Source: Candidatus Saccharimonadota bacterium (lineage in GTDB: Bacteria > Patescibacteriota > Saccharimonadia > CAILAD01 > BJGX01). Taken from it: 64,000 bases of DNA. How positions within the stretch are numbered: position 1 is the stretch's first letter; the number at the start of each line of letters is the position of its first letter. Under the pieces are notes generated by a model. That model saw only the letters and a program-made list of their open reading frames with translations. It was not told the origin of the DNA and made no database searches. The translations under genes and the position numbers were made by a program. The stretch spans positions 15,492 through 79,491 of the forward strand of contig JACPPH010000003.1 in NCBI GenBank assembly GCA_016191105.1, read 5' to 3'. Below are positions 48,170 through 60,359 of the stretch, piece after piece.

Positions 48170-49012
48170 CTACTGCCCAAAAACATTACTAAAGTTCTGC
48201 ACCAGTTTGCTCCACCAGTCGGTCGGGTTTTGCACTTGCAGGGCATAAACATAGTTTTTGTTGGCCCCAAAGCCATTTTTAACCTCGGCCTGCAGCAAGT
48301 GGCTGCCGTTTTCGTAACGTGTGGAATTAAAGGTTTGATTGAAAGGCGCGGCCTTGCTAATGCCGATTTGTTTGCCATCTACCCTATATATTACCTGGGT
48401 TGCGGTTTTGGCTATATCGGCCGGCAAACGAAAATCAACCACACCGCTCACCGGGTAGGTCTTGGCAGGCGCTGGGCTAGTCGGTGCTGGCGCAGTGGCA
48501 GATGGAGCCGCTGGCGCAGAGCTTGGCTGGACGGCGCTTGGTGGCGGCTGGAAGGCTGGAGTTTGCTGGCTAGCGCTCTGATTTTGTGCGTCTTTGCCCT
48601 GTTGATTGGCACTGTTGAGCTGAGTTTGAACCTCGGCCGGCAAACTGCCTGGATTGATAGCATCGGCCTGTTCGGCTTGGCCGCTAGCCCGCAGGGCATC
48701 TTGCACCATCTGCAAACCAACGGCTTGAGCTTGGGCAAAGGCCACGTTTTTGCGCTCTTTGCCGGCAATCGATTCTTTTAGATTAACCGAGCCATCTATA
48801 TTAAAATCATAACTCACATAGGGTCCGTCGTTGCCGCCATAAATATAGATCTTGCCGCCACCAAAGGCGTGTGAGAACCTAAAAACTGCGATCCCGACAA
48901 CCGCAACCACTAGCACCAACACTAATACCATCCACCACTTAGGTTTAAACTTGCCTTTTTTGCTGGCACTAAAGCTAGCTACCCTAGATTTTGTAGACTT
49001 TTTTTGCGGCAT
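48170..49012 (-). CDS. Secreted protein of the paralogous leader family with C-terminal Ig-like (Big_7-like) domain
   Basis: MPQKKSTKS...KFKPKWWMVLVLVLVVAVVGIAVFRFSHA leader. Ala/Pro/Ser-rich linker. C-terminal ...YRVDGKQIGISKAAPFNQTFNSTRYENGSHLLQAEVKNGFG matches the YxVDG...PY...D.T...G.H pattern. Confidence 0.55.
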   Translation of the reverse strand: MPQKKSTKSRVASFSASKKGKFKPKWWMVLVLVLVVAVVGIAVFRFSHAFGGGKIYIYGGNDGPYVSYDFNIDGSVNLKESIAGKERKNVAFAQAQAVGLQMVQDALRASGQAEQADAINPGSLPAEVQTQLNSANQQGKDAQNQSASQQTPAFQPPPSAVQPSSAPAAPSATAPAPTSPAPAKTYPVSGVVDFRLPADIAKTATQVIYRVDGKQIGISKAAPFNQTFNSTRYENGSHLLQAEVKNGFGANKNYVYALQVQNPTDWWSKLVQNFSNVFGQ

Positions 49013-49027
49013 TACACTCGCGCCCGG

Positions 49028-50536
49028 CTATTGATTGGTTCGCTTAAAAGGTGGTCGAACATTGATCTCTTTGGCACAAGCCGGCACACTAAAAGCATCG
49101 GATACAATGTTGTGGCCGCGCCAGAATATTCGCAAAAACACCTGATAGGTTTGGTTTTGGCCAGTTGTGTTGGCGGGCATAATAAAGGTTCCTGCTGGGT
49201 CTACCTGGGGTGGTCGTACTACTGTGTAAACACCGCTGGCATCTGGCGAGTTGCCCCAGGCTTGAATCTCGTGGCGGCCTTTGGCATCGACCGTAGTGTC
49301 GTCGTAAGTGCCGTCGGGCTTTTTGGCCCTCAAGTAAAACGAGAAGTCAGCTAGCTCGTTGGGATTCAAGCTGCCCACTTGCTTGGCCGTAGCTGTCATT
49401 TTAAGTGCCTGGCCACCACCTACCGTAACTGGTTCTATCTTTAGATCTTGGCACGCGACAGACGGGGTCTGAGCTACCGGCCTAGGCTGTGGCCGAACTA
49501 CAGGAGAGAATTTTTTGGCTATACCGTCAACCAAGCCAGGTGCAAAAGTTCCGTTATTCAGAGAGTTCAATAAGTAGTCTGCCAACTTAGCCGAGCCAGA
49601 AGCTAAGTAGTGTACTCCGTCGTCGCTCAGGTTTTTATTGGCGTCTTTCTGGTCGGTGGTAAGTATTATGCCGTTGTTAGAGGCGTCGTTGCCCCATAAA
49701 AACTTAAACTGACTAATTAGGTTGTAGTTGAGTGCAGCCGACTGGTTGTAGATAGTGTTTAAAGTGTTCTGGAGGCGCTGGCGGCCAACTGTATAGTTGT
49801 TGGCAAACCATTGGTCAAAGGCTTCTTGGCTCGGAAAGTCGTTACGGCGAAAATACATTTCGGACTGGTACGACAAAGCTTTGTTACCGGGAGCCGCCAC
49901 ATCGACCCAGTCAATCTGAGCACTAGGGTTTATAGCCCTAATCTTTTGTATCAGCTGCTTTTGGGCATTGGCGAATATGCTAGGCTCGGCCAGATTGTCG
50001 CATGGCTTACCGTTGGCAGAACACTTCGTGTCGCCGGTTTCTGGGTTGGTACCCAAAAATATCACAATGGTTTTGGCATCTTTTACGGGGTTGTAAACAC
50101 CGCCATTGGCTTGGCAGTAGTTGTTCATAGTGGCATTGCTCTTGGTTTGCTCAGACCCGCAAACATTGGTGTTGTTGGCATCAACAGCCACCAGCGCGCT
50201 TTGCTGGCCAAAGCCACCCTTGCTGATTGAGCGACCAGGATCTTGGTTAATAAAAGCTGGGCTATAGCCATTATTCTGAAGCTTTTGTGCCAACCCGCCA
50301 TCTACAACCAGACCAGTAGTAAGCGAGTCGCCCAGCCAATAGACCGGCCCTTTGGGCGCCGAGCCGGCGCTAGCCCGCGAAAACCGCAGCACGGCAATGC
50401 CGGCAACAATAACTACCCCCACCAACAAAACTGCCATCCACCAACGGAATTTAAGCTGATGATTTTTGTTTAGCCCAGACCTAGCAATTCGAAATTTCGA
50501 CCTTGGCGGTTTAGTAGTTTTGGTTTTTTTTGACAT
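49028..50536 (-). CDS. SGNH/GDSL hydrolase of the paralogous leader family
   Basis: Leader ...KFRWWMAVLLVGVVIVAGIAVLRFSRASA. SGNH blocks I (YWLGDSLTTG), III (FLGTNPE) and V (DDGVHY). Extra C-terminal ~150-aa domain. Confidence 0.65.
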   Translation of the reverse strand: MSKKTKTTKPPRSKFRIARSGLNKNHQLKFRWWMAVLLVGVVIVAGIAVLRFSRASAGSAPKGPVYWLGDSLTTGLVVDGGLAQKLQNNGYSPAFINQDPGRSISKGGFGQQSALVAVDANNTNVCGSEQTKSNATMNNYCQANGGVYNPVKDAKTIVIFLGTNPETGDTKCSANGKPCDNLAEPSIFANAQKQLIQKIRAINPSAQIDWVDVAAPGNKALSYQSEMYFRRNDFPSQEAFDQWFANNYTVGRQRLQNTLNTIYNQSAALNYNLISQFKFLWGNDASNNGIILTTDQKDANKNLSDDGVHYLASGSAKLADYLLNSLNNGTFAPGLVDGIAKKFSPVVRPQPRPVAQTPSVACQDLKIEPVTVGGGQALKMTATAKQVGSLNPNELADFSFYLRAKKPDGTYDDTTVDAKGRHEIQAWGNSPDASGVYTVVRPPQVDPAGTFIMPANTTGQNQTYQVFLRIFWRGHNIVSDAFSVPACAKEINVRPPFKRTNQ

Positions 50537-50553
50537 TACCGCTATTTTATAAC

Positions 50554-51948
50554 CTACTGGCGATCGTAATAAAAATCAATAAAGGTATTTTGATTTTCTA
50601 CAGCGTTGGCTAGAGCAAAGGCCGTAGGAATATTGCCGGCATATTTAGTCACGCCATTTACCATCACTCTGGTGATTTTCCAGCCTGCCGGCGCGGTGGT
50701 ATAAGCCTGGTAGGGATTATCGCTTACAAAAATACCATTGGCTACAAATGGATTGCTGCCACCGCAGGCAAAAGTAACCCCGCCTCTGTTTTTAATACAA
50801 ATTCCTGTGTTGCCAGGTGCGGTGCCGGGGTTTGATTTGAGGTAGCCATTGGGAGGCACTGGCCCATTGGGACCGTATTTAGTAATGTACAGCCTGCCCT
50901 GGGGATTTCGCGGTGTTTCGGCCGGCCGATTGGCCATGCGATTCTGCAACTTAAAACTATAGACCGAATTCGCAGTTGGGCAGCCCACCAAGTAAAAATG
51001 TACCACACCGTTGCTTTCGTCTACCTTGGTGAGTCTAGGCTCCCCTATAACCCGGCTCTTGACCGCGCAAAAATTACCCCATTTCCAATAACCCACATCG
51101 TGCTCGGTCGTAACGCCACGAGCTTGGTTTTGAGCCCAGGTGCCCACCCAGTCGTCGAGTAGGCCAATGTAGCTCCACTGGTTAATGTTTTGGGGACAAA
51201 CGCTGGCGTAACCAGCTACCGCTTCATAGCCACAAACCGTGGTTAGTTGCCCGGCAGGAAAGTTTAGAGTCTGAATATTGGGGTTTCCAGGCGGAGCTGG
51301 ATTACTGCCACCAACCGGGTTGGGCCCAGGAGCGGCTTGGACTTTTGGATAAACCGCCAGCGTCGTACGTGTGGCCGACACAACATCGATCTGGTTTTCG
51401 TTGGCTCCCAAAAAGCGGTAAAAATAGTTCAAATTACCATTAGGCGCGCCAATAGTTTGTCTTATGCATTGCCGGGTTGTTCCCTGCGCGTACAGCGTAC
51501 CTTGAGTAACAGCAACTTCGTTGCCGCCCCAGTCTAAAATTAGAAGATAATAATTAGCGGCATTTCCATCGGGCCGGGTTTTGTAAAACACCCAACAAAC
51601 CTCTACATCTGCCCGGTCGATGTTAGCAACATCATTATTACTAACTATGTTGCCATACGTATCGCTAGCCTCGGCCGAAGTCCGGTTGGCCACGTTTATG
51701 GCATAGCTATATGCTGTAAAGCTGGGGTTGGCCGGCACGGTGCTGGCATTATATATACCACTCAAACCATTACCCACCGAAAACACCCTAGTAGCCGAAG
51801 CTCTGCTAAAGCGCAGTATAATAACCCCTAGACCAGCCACTACAGCTATCAGTATTAGCGCCATCCACCAACGGAATTTAAACTGGTGTAGCTTGTTTAG
51901 GCTTGATTTGGCAGTACGAGATTTTGATTTTGTTTTTTTAGCAGGCAT
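50554..51948 (-). CDS. Secreted protein of the paralogous leader family, unknown C-terminal domain (464 aa)
   Basis: Leader ...FKFRWWMALILIAVVAGLGVIILRFSRASA. Gly/Asn/Pro-rich beta-type extracellular region with several Cys. Confidence 0.5.
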   Translation of the reverse strand: MPAKKTKSKSRTAKSSLNKLHQFKFRWWMALILIAVVAGLGVIILRFSRASATRVFSVGNGLSGIYNASTVPANPSFTAYSYAINVANRTSAEASDTYGNIVSNNDVANIDRADVEVCWVFYKTRPDGNAANYYLLILDWGGNEVAVTQGTLYAQGTTRQCIRQTIGAPNGNLNYFYRFLGANENQIDVVSATRTTLAVYPKVQAAPGPNPVGGSNPAPPGNPNIQTLNFPAGQLTTVCGYEAVAGYASVCPQNINQWSYIGLLDDWVGTWAQNQARGVTTEHDVGYWKWGNFCAVKSRVIGEPRLTKVDESNGVVHFYLVGCPTANSVYSFKLQNRMANRPAETPRNPQGRLYITKYGPNGPVPPNGYLKSNPGTAPGNTGICIKNRGGVTFACGGSNPFVANGIFVSDNPYQAYTTAPAGWKITRVMVNGVTKYAGNIPTAFALANAVENQNTFIDFYYDRQ

Positions 51949-52005
51949 TTTATAGCGCTTATGTTATTTAGGACTGATTATAATACACTGCACAAATTAT
52001 TACAA

Positions 52006-52566
52006 TTATGGTCTGGCGGTTAGCACATAGAACGGGTAGGTAATAATATTGCCTAATTGTTTTAGCAGATTGGGGCTGTTGTCGATAGCAATGGTTTTTT
52101 TGACGGCAGCCAGCGGCCTGTTACTTGTATCGAAGGCTATGGCCGAAATAGTGTGCTGCCCGGCACTGTATCTGGTTGAGTCAAAGGTGAAGCTATAGGG
52201 TGTTTTGGTAGCAACCCCGGCCAGGGTACCATCAACATAAAAACCTACTTTTCCAACATTCTCTAGCCTGGTAGTGTTATAGCCAAATATAACTGTGCCG
52301 CTAACCGGAATCGGCGAGCCTGTTTGAGCGATAGTGGCGCCACCGGCAACCTGTTGGATCTCGGCATCGGTGAGCGGTGTGCTGGTAACCTCACTAGTGG
52401 CGGCCCGGCTTAGGCGAATAATAATAATGCCGGCAAACATAACAATAACAATAAAAACAATGACTTGCCAGGACTTAATATAGTGAGCATGAGCCAACGT
52501 TGCCACACCAATACTGGAAGAGCTGCTGCGTGATTGGTATTTGGTTTTGGACTTAGCTTTTGCCAT
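52006..52566 (-). CDS. Secreted protein of the paralogous leader family with Big_7-like Ig domain
   Basis: Leader ...IIIIRLSRAAT. C-terminal FYVDGTLAGVATKTPYSFTFDSTRYSAGQHTISAIAFD. Confidence 0.55.
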   Translation of the reverse strand: MAKAKSKTKYQSRSSSSSIGVATLAHAHYIKSWQVIVFIVIVMFAGIIIIRLSRAATSEVTSTPLTDAEIQQVAGGATIAQTGSPIPVSGTVIFGYNTTRLENVGKVGFYVDGTLAGVATKTPYSFTFDSTRYSAGQHTISAIAFDTSNRPLAAVKKTIAIDNSPNLLKQLGNIITYPFYVLTARP

Positions 52567-52588
52567 AAGAATCTTAAACCATTGTAAC

Positions 52589-53155
52589 TTAGTTGTCGCC
52601 CAAAATCACTTTCCAGGGATAACTTAGGCTATTTTGAATCATTTGCAAGCGGCCGCCATTTATGACATTAACGCGCTGTTGTATCAAATTTATAACTAGA
52701 TTGTTTTGATCGTAGGCCGCAAGCGCAATGGTGTGCTGGCCATTACTAAGAGCGGTAGTGTCTAAGGTATAGGTGTAGGGGGGGTTGCTTTCAGTGGCCT
52801 TCAAGTTACCGTCGACATAATAAGCCACAAACTTGGGGCTGTCTTTGCCGCCATAGCTAAGGTTTGCCTGGCCGCTGACTGGCACGGTCGGCTTGGTGTT
52901 GGTACTTGCCCTAGCACCAAATTGGGTCTGGTAGCGTGTAATTTCTGGTGGCTGCAAAGTTTTGGCAGCTTGGAGATTTATAGTATCGCCGCTGGCCTTA
53001 CTGAGTCTAACTATTAAAACACCTATTACTAATATAACTAAAATCAAAACCAGGCCGTGCCAGATTCTAGGCCGGAAGCGCGACTTACGCACAGCGCCGG
53101 GGGCAACATGCGATGCTCGAGCTTTAGCCTGTGTGGTTTTAGAGTTGTCGGCCAT
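52589..53155 (-). CDS. Secreted protein of the paralogous leader family with Big_7-like Ig domain
   Basis: Leader ...LIVRLSKAS. C-terminal AYYVDGNLKATESNPPYTYTLDTTALSNGQHTIALAAYD. Confidence 0.55.
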   Translation of the reverse strand: MADNSKTTQAKARASHVAPGAVRKSRFRPRIWHGLVLILVILVIGVLIVRLSKASGDTINLQAAKTLQPPEITRYQTQFGARASTNTKPTVPVSGQANLSYGGKDSPKFVAYYVDGNLKATESNPPYTYTLDTTALSNGQHTIALAAYDQNNLVINLIQQRVNVINGGRLQMIQNSLSYPWKVILGDN

Positions 53156-53235
53156 AGGTTTATTGCTTATGGTTGTATCATACTACAGATTGAGCCAATA
53201 AACAAAAGCCCTCTGTGTAGTAATGGCAGTTATAA

Positions 53236-53949
53236 CTAGGCCTGGAGCCTGAGCGTTAAAAGTTCTCCGTATTCTGAAGGTCGATGCACACCACGCTCCG
53301 GGTGACTTAAATCCAAACGTGGCAGATCAGAAACTCGGGCCAAAACGATATTGTTTGTTGGCACTAATAGAGTATCGGTTTTATCAACAAAGTTAATGAC
53401 CGCCTCTGGCAGACCCAATTGACCACCAGGATCAAGCCCTTGCTCTGGCTCATCGAGCACTACAAGTACGTCGGGGTATTCAGAAGGAGCACCGCTTGGA
53501 TAAGGCCGTTTTGGCTTTTCAATCCGTGTCCTTCTTAGATCTTCTAGGGCTTGCTCAAAAAGCTGACGAGTAGATTTTCGGTGGGTATATTTGCTATCAA
53601 TATTGTGGCCGGCTCGAGCATCCCTGTACATTTGCTCTGCCCAACGTTTTGTTTCGTGTATTATCTCTGCACCGTCAATATCTGTCGGGTGTGCTCCGCG
53701 ATTTTCACCACGAGGAACACCAACTTGCAATGCAGGTAAAAGCTTTGCAGCAGGAGAATCTTCGTTAAATTCGATTGTCTGCCTGTGTATGGGAATATCT
53801 TCATCAACATGGGCGTTACGGACAACAGCAATAGCTTCCATTAATGCCCTGGCAAACTGGGTCTTGCCAGAGCCGTTCGGGCCAACGATAAGTGTTACCT
53901 GTTCATCAAAGCTTAGTTTTTCGGGCAAACGCAATAACCAGTCTTTCAT
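53236..53949 (-). CDS. Small stand-alone P-loop ATPase (ABC/SMC-like Walker A/B, no transporter signature)
   Basis: Walker A LIVGPNGSGKT and Walker B VLVVLDEPEQGLDP. 237 aa. No LSGGQ signature, no adjacent permease. Sits just downstream of the rRNA operon terminator. Confidence 0.5.
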   Translation of the reverse strand: MKDWLLRLPEKLSFDEQVTLIVGPNGSGKTQFARALMEAIAVVRNAHVDEDIPIHRQTIEFNEDSPAAKLLPALQVGVPRGENRGAHPTDIDGAEIIHETKRWAEQMYRDARAGHNIDSKYTHRKSTRQLFEQALEDLRRTRIEKPKRPYPSGAPSEYPDVLVVLDEPEQGLDPGGQLGLPEAVINFVDKTDTLLVPTNNIVLARVSDLPRLDLSHPERGVHRPSEYGELLTLRLQA

Positions 53950-54103
53950 TTGGTCTGGAAGTTCTGCTTGGGTTATAAGTTCCTTATCGACTGATACCTC
54001 AAACTGCCCGGCATATTCCTTTTCATTTTTTTCTATGTTGCCGCCTGAAAATTCTCCATTTTAAGAAGGGGGTCTTGGCTCTTTTTCCATGATTACAAGT
54101 ATA

Positions 54104-54131
54104 TCAAAAAAGAAGCTTAACGGCTTCTTTT
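54104..54131 (-). terminator. Rho-independent terminator of the 23S-5S rRNA operon
   Basis: Minus-strand aagaagc-cgttaa-gcttctt followed by ttttttga. Confidence 0.6.
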
Positions 54132-54180
54132 TAGCAACAACTATGATTGGTTGAGGACTGGGTTTTGCTAATTTACTTAA

Positions 54181-54291
54181 TCCTGGCATCGTTCTACTTT
54201 CCCCTTTGGTAGAGTATCATCGACGCTGAAGGGCTTAACTGCGGTGTTCGGGATGGGAACCGGTGTACCCCCTTCGCCATAGACACCAGGA
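54181..54291 (-). rRNA. rrf: 5S ribosomal RNA
   Basis: The reverse complement reads cctggtgtctatggcgaagggggtacaccggttcccatcccgaacaccgcagttaagccc...gtagaacgatgccagga, which is the canonical 5S loop C / helix IV sequence. Confidence 0.85.
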
Positions 54292-54624
54292 TTAAACAAA
54301 TTAGTTGTTTAAAAATAAATCGGATCTCCGAGGCAAACGACTACAAATATAGCCGCTACCTCGAAAATTCGAAGTATTTATTTGTATTTGGATATAAACT
54401 TGCTGGAGAATAAATATCTCCAAATTGCTAGCTATAAGACCCTGCCACAAAACTTCATTCCGTTTCAGAATAGTCCGTTCCGACTGCAAATTGAATATAT
54501 TTTTCTCAACGTAGATACCTCTACGCCTTACAAAATATATCAATTTTCGCCAAAAACGCTTCTGTCCTGAATTCGAAAGCAAGTTTTGCAGCAGTGTCTT
54601 TGCAAAAAGAAACACAAAAAGTCA

Positions 54625-58150
<3,526 letters not shown>

Positions 58151-58415
58151 ACTTTTTTCATTTCTTTTACAATTAGCTAGCAATTTAGAAATACTAAACT
58201 GCTTTAAATTGCTCGTTTTTACCCAAATAACATATTAGGCTGTCAAGAAACAAAAAATGGTCACTTTTTAGGGCGACCACATACGAACAAACAACTGCCA
58301 GTGCTATCTTATAGCGTGGGCGCCTCCTTGGGATGTTTGCATGCTCATATGTGATTACCTAAATTATCTTTCCAATGATAGCAAGTTTTAATCTGTTTGT
58401 AAAGAGTTTTCTAGT

Positions 58416-59117
58416 TTAGCTGTTGGTAAGAGCCGAAATGATGAACTGGCGCAGTGCTTTCACCTTGTCGCTGCTTAGAGAAGATTTTTTATCGGCCTCA
58501 GTTAACTGGCTGCCTAGCTGATGAAGCCCATCCAATATCCTTGTGATTTGATCATCAGACCAGCTTCTAACCTTCGTACTTATAACAAAATCAGGCACAC
58601 TTCCTTGAGTTAATATCCTATCGATATATACCGCAACTATGTCGCGTTTTAGTGTCGTGATATCTAATTCCGCATCTGTATTAAAAATCTTTGAGCGTAC
58701 CAACTCGCTAAATAATGGGTATATCACCTTATTGCGTGTATCTGAGGGAGTTTCGAATCCCATAAGAAATTCTCTATTTGTTTCATATCTAGAATCGGTA
58801 GAAAAGTGGTGGTATGATGCCGTGTGGTCGCCACCTTGAATAATGCTTATTTTCAGCGCGTCTGGAGAACCATCTATTTCGTTTCGCAACTGACTTATAA
58901 CAGTTTGGTCGCGTGCAAGATAATATTTGGCGGTCGTCTCAACAAGATCTGAAAGCTTTGCAACCATTGAATTTGGGTCTTCAAAATCCCCCATGGCTTG
59001 CGACATTTCGCTGTCAGCATTATCACGTTGTTCCTTTAGCCGGGCAATTTCTGGGCTGTCCAAATTAACATCGATTAAGACAATTTGCCCTACCTTTCCC
59101 CTAAGATTCTTAACCAA
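58416..59117 (-). CDS. Hypothetical protein (233 aa)
   Basis: Long ORF, about 40% GC, no family recognised. Confidence 0.4.
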   Translation of the reverse strand: MVKNLRGKVGQIVLIDVNLDSPEIARLKEQRDNADSEMSQAMGDFEDPNSMVAKLSDLVETTAKYYLARDQTVISQLRNEIDGSPDALKISIIQGGDHTASYHHFSTDSRYETNREFLMGFETPSDTRNKVIYPLFSELVRSKIFNTDAELDITTLKRDIVAVYIDRILTQGSVPDFVISTKVRSWSDDQITRILDGLHQLGSQLTEADKKSSLSSDKVKALRQFIISALTNS

Positions 59118-59120
59118 TAC

Positions 59121-59417
59121 TTAATCAAATGCTGCATCTTCGTTATCTTCGCCCCTCTCGGCAGTTTCCCTTCTGCCACTTAGAATATCGTTGAGAGCAT
59201 TCTGATACACCCCCCTTTCTTGTTGGCTATCCTTGATATCTTCAAGCATTAGGATATCGGTCGGCTCTATGGATTCCGCAACCGTCTTAGCATTGTCGGG
59301 GGTATGGGTAGTGTAAAAGAATTTAAGTTCGGGTCGAGGCGCTCCTGCTTTTGCCTCTCCGCCTAAGTCTGCTGAGTTTTTAGATTCTAAGTCGTGGACA
59401 CTGGGCTGTTTTTCCAT
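59121..59417 (-). CDS. Hypothetical acidic protein (98 aa)
   Basis: ORF immediately upstream of 58416-59117 on the same strand. Acidic, low complexity. Confidence 0.35.
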   Translation of the reverse strand: MEKQPSVHDLESKNSADLGGEAKAGAPRPELKFFYTTHTPDNAKTVAESIEPTDILMLEDIKDSQQERGVYQNALNDILSGRRETAERGEDNEDAAFD

Positions 59418-59504
59418 ATACTTTATACTACCAAATTAGTTGATAATTACTAAACCAAAAGAGCCTCTGGAACGAGGCTCTTTATTATATATAAGAATGT
59501 GCTA

Positions 59505-60146
59505 TTACTTTACAAACACTACTATGCTGGCACCTTGGGGCGCAGCTTCACCAGCTGGCAAGGCACCGACTGTGGCGCCAATGGCCGCAGCTACATCTTG
59601 AGCCACCTGGCCGTTCTGGCCACTTACATCGACCACCGTTAGGCTCTTAACGTTGGCCTTATTCTTGGCATCGGTGGTGCCGGTTACACTAACCTCGTTG
59701 GCTAGTTTACTCGAGAGGGTATTCTGAACACTGCCTACATCGCCACCAGCATTCACAATTGCTACCGGTACAGCGTTTTGGTTAATCGCGATCGGGCCGA
59801 CATTAATTAGCTTGTTGTCTTTGGGTCGGTAAATAATCGCCTTTTTAGCTTTGGTGTAGATCAGAATCTTGTCGCCATTTTGAGCATTGGTAAAGAACGG
59901 CTGATCTTTGAGCTTGTCTTTGTCAACTATTGTAGCTACCGTTGGCGTCTCATCGGTAGGTAGGGTTATGAGCTTGCCAACCTGCTTAACTAACACATCG
60001 GTTTCTTGTTGTGCGACAGCATTTGGATTTTGTTTAATCTTTTGATATTGCAAGTAAAAATAGACCGAGGCCACACCTAGCAGGACTATGAGTACACCCA
60101 GAACAATAATCAACACCATATTGGTGTTCTTAGATCGTTTTTCCAT
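59505..60146 (-). CDS. Membrane-anchored LytR_C (LCP C-terminal-like) domain protein
   Basis: N-terminal TM (MVLIIVLGVLIVLLGVASVYFYL). C-terminal VAIVNAGGDVGSVQNTLSSKLAN...VSVTG...NVKSLTVVDVSGQNGQVAQDVAAAIGATVG matches the LytR_C pattern (V.VLNG....G.A..........G..V............T.V). Confidence 0.5.
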   Translation of the reverse strand: MEKRSKNTNMVLIIVLGVLIVLLGVASVYFYLQYQKIKQNPNAVAQQETDVLVKQVGKLITLPTDETPTVATIVDKDKLKDQPFFTNAQNGDKILIYTKAKKAIIYRPKDNKLINVGPIAINQNAVPVAIVNAGGDVGSVQNTLSSKLANEVSVTGTTDAKNKANVKSLTVVDVSGQNGQVAQDVAAAIGATVGALPAGEAAPQGASIVVFVK

Positions 60147-60252
60147 TACAGCTTAAACCCTCTATTAATTATATTTCAAGTATACCCTCTACATTACCTA
60201 AGGCCAGGATAGCTGTCAACCAATTAGGGCTTAAGAGATAGGCATGGAATTA

Positions 60253-60281
60253 TTGACATTCTATTGCCTAGGTACTATAAT
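60253..60281 (+). promoter_or_regulatory. Consensus sigma70 promoter upstream of the sulfatase gene
   Basis: TTGACA (60253-58), an exact 17-nt spacer and TATAAT (60276-81). Both hexamers are perfect consensus. Confidence 0.55.
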
Positions 60282-60359
60282 ATGAGCTCTAGCAATGCCA
60301 CCCTATGCGGCGGCAAAAGCGGAAACTTAAAAACAACCATCTACCGGGGGAGAACCCTC

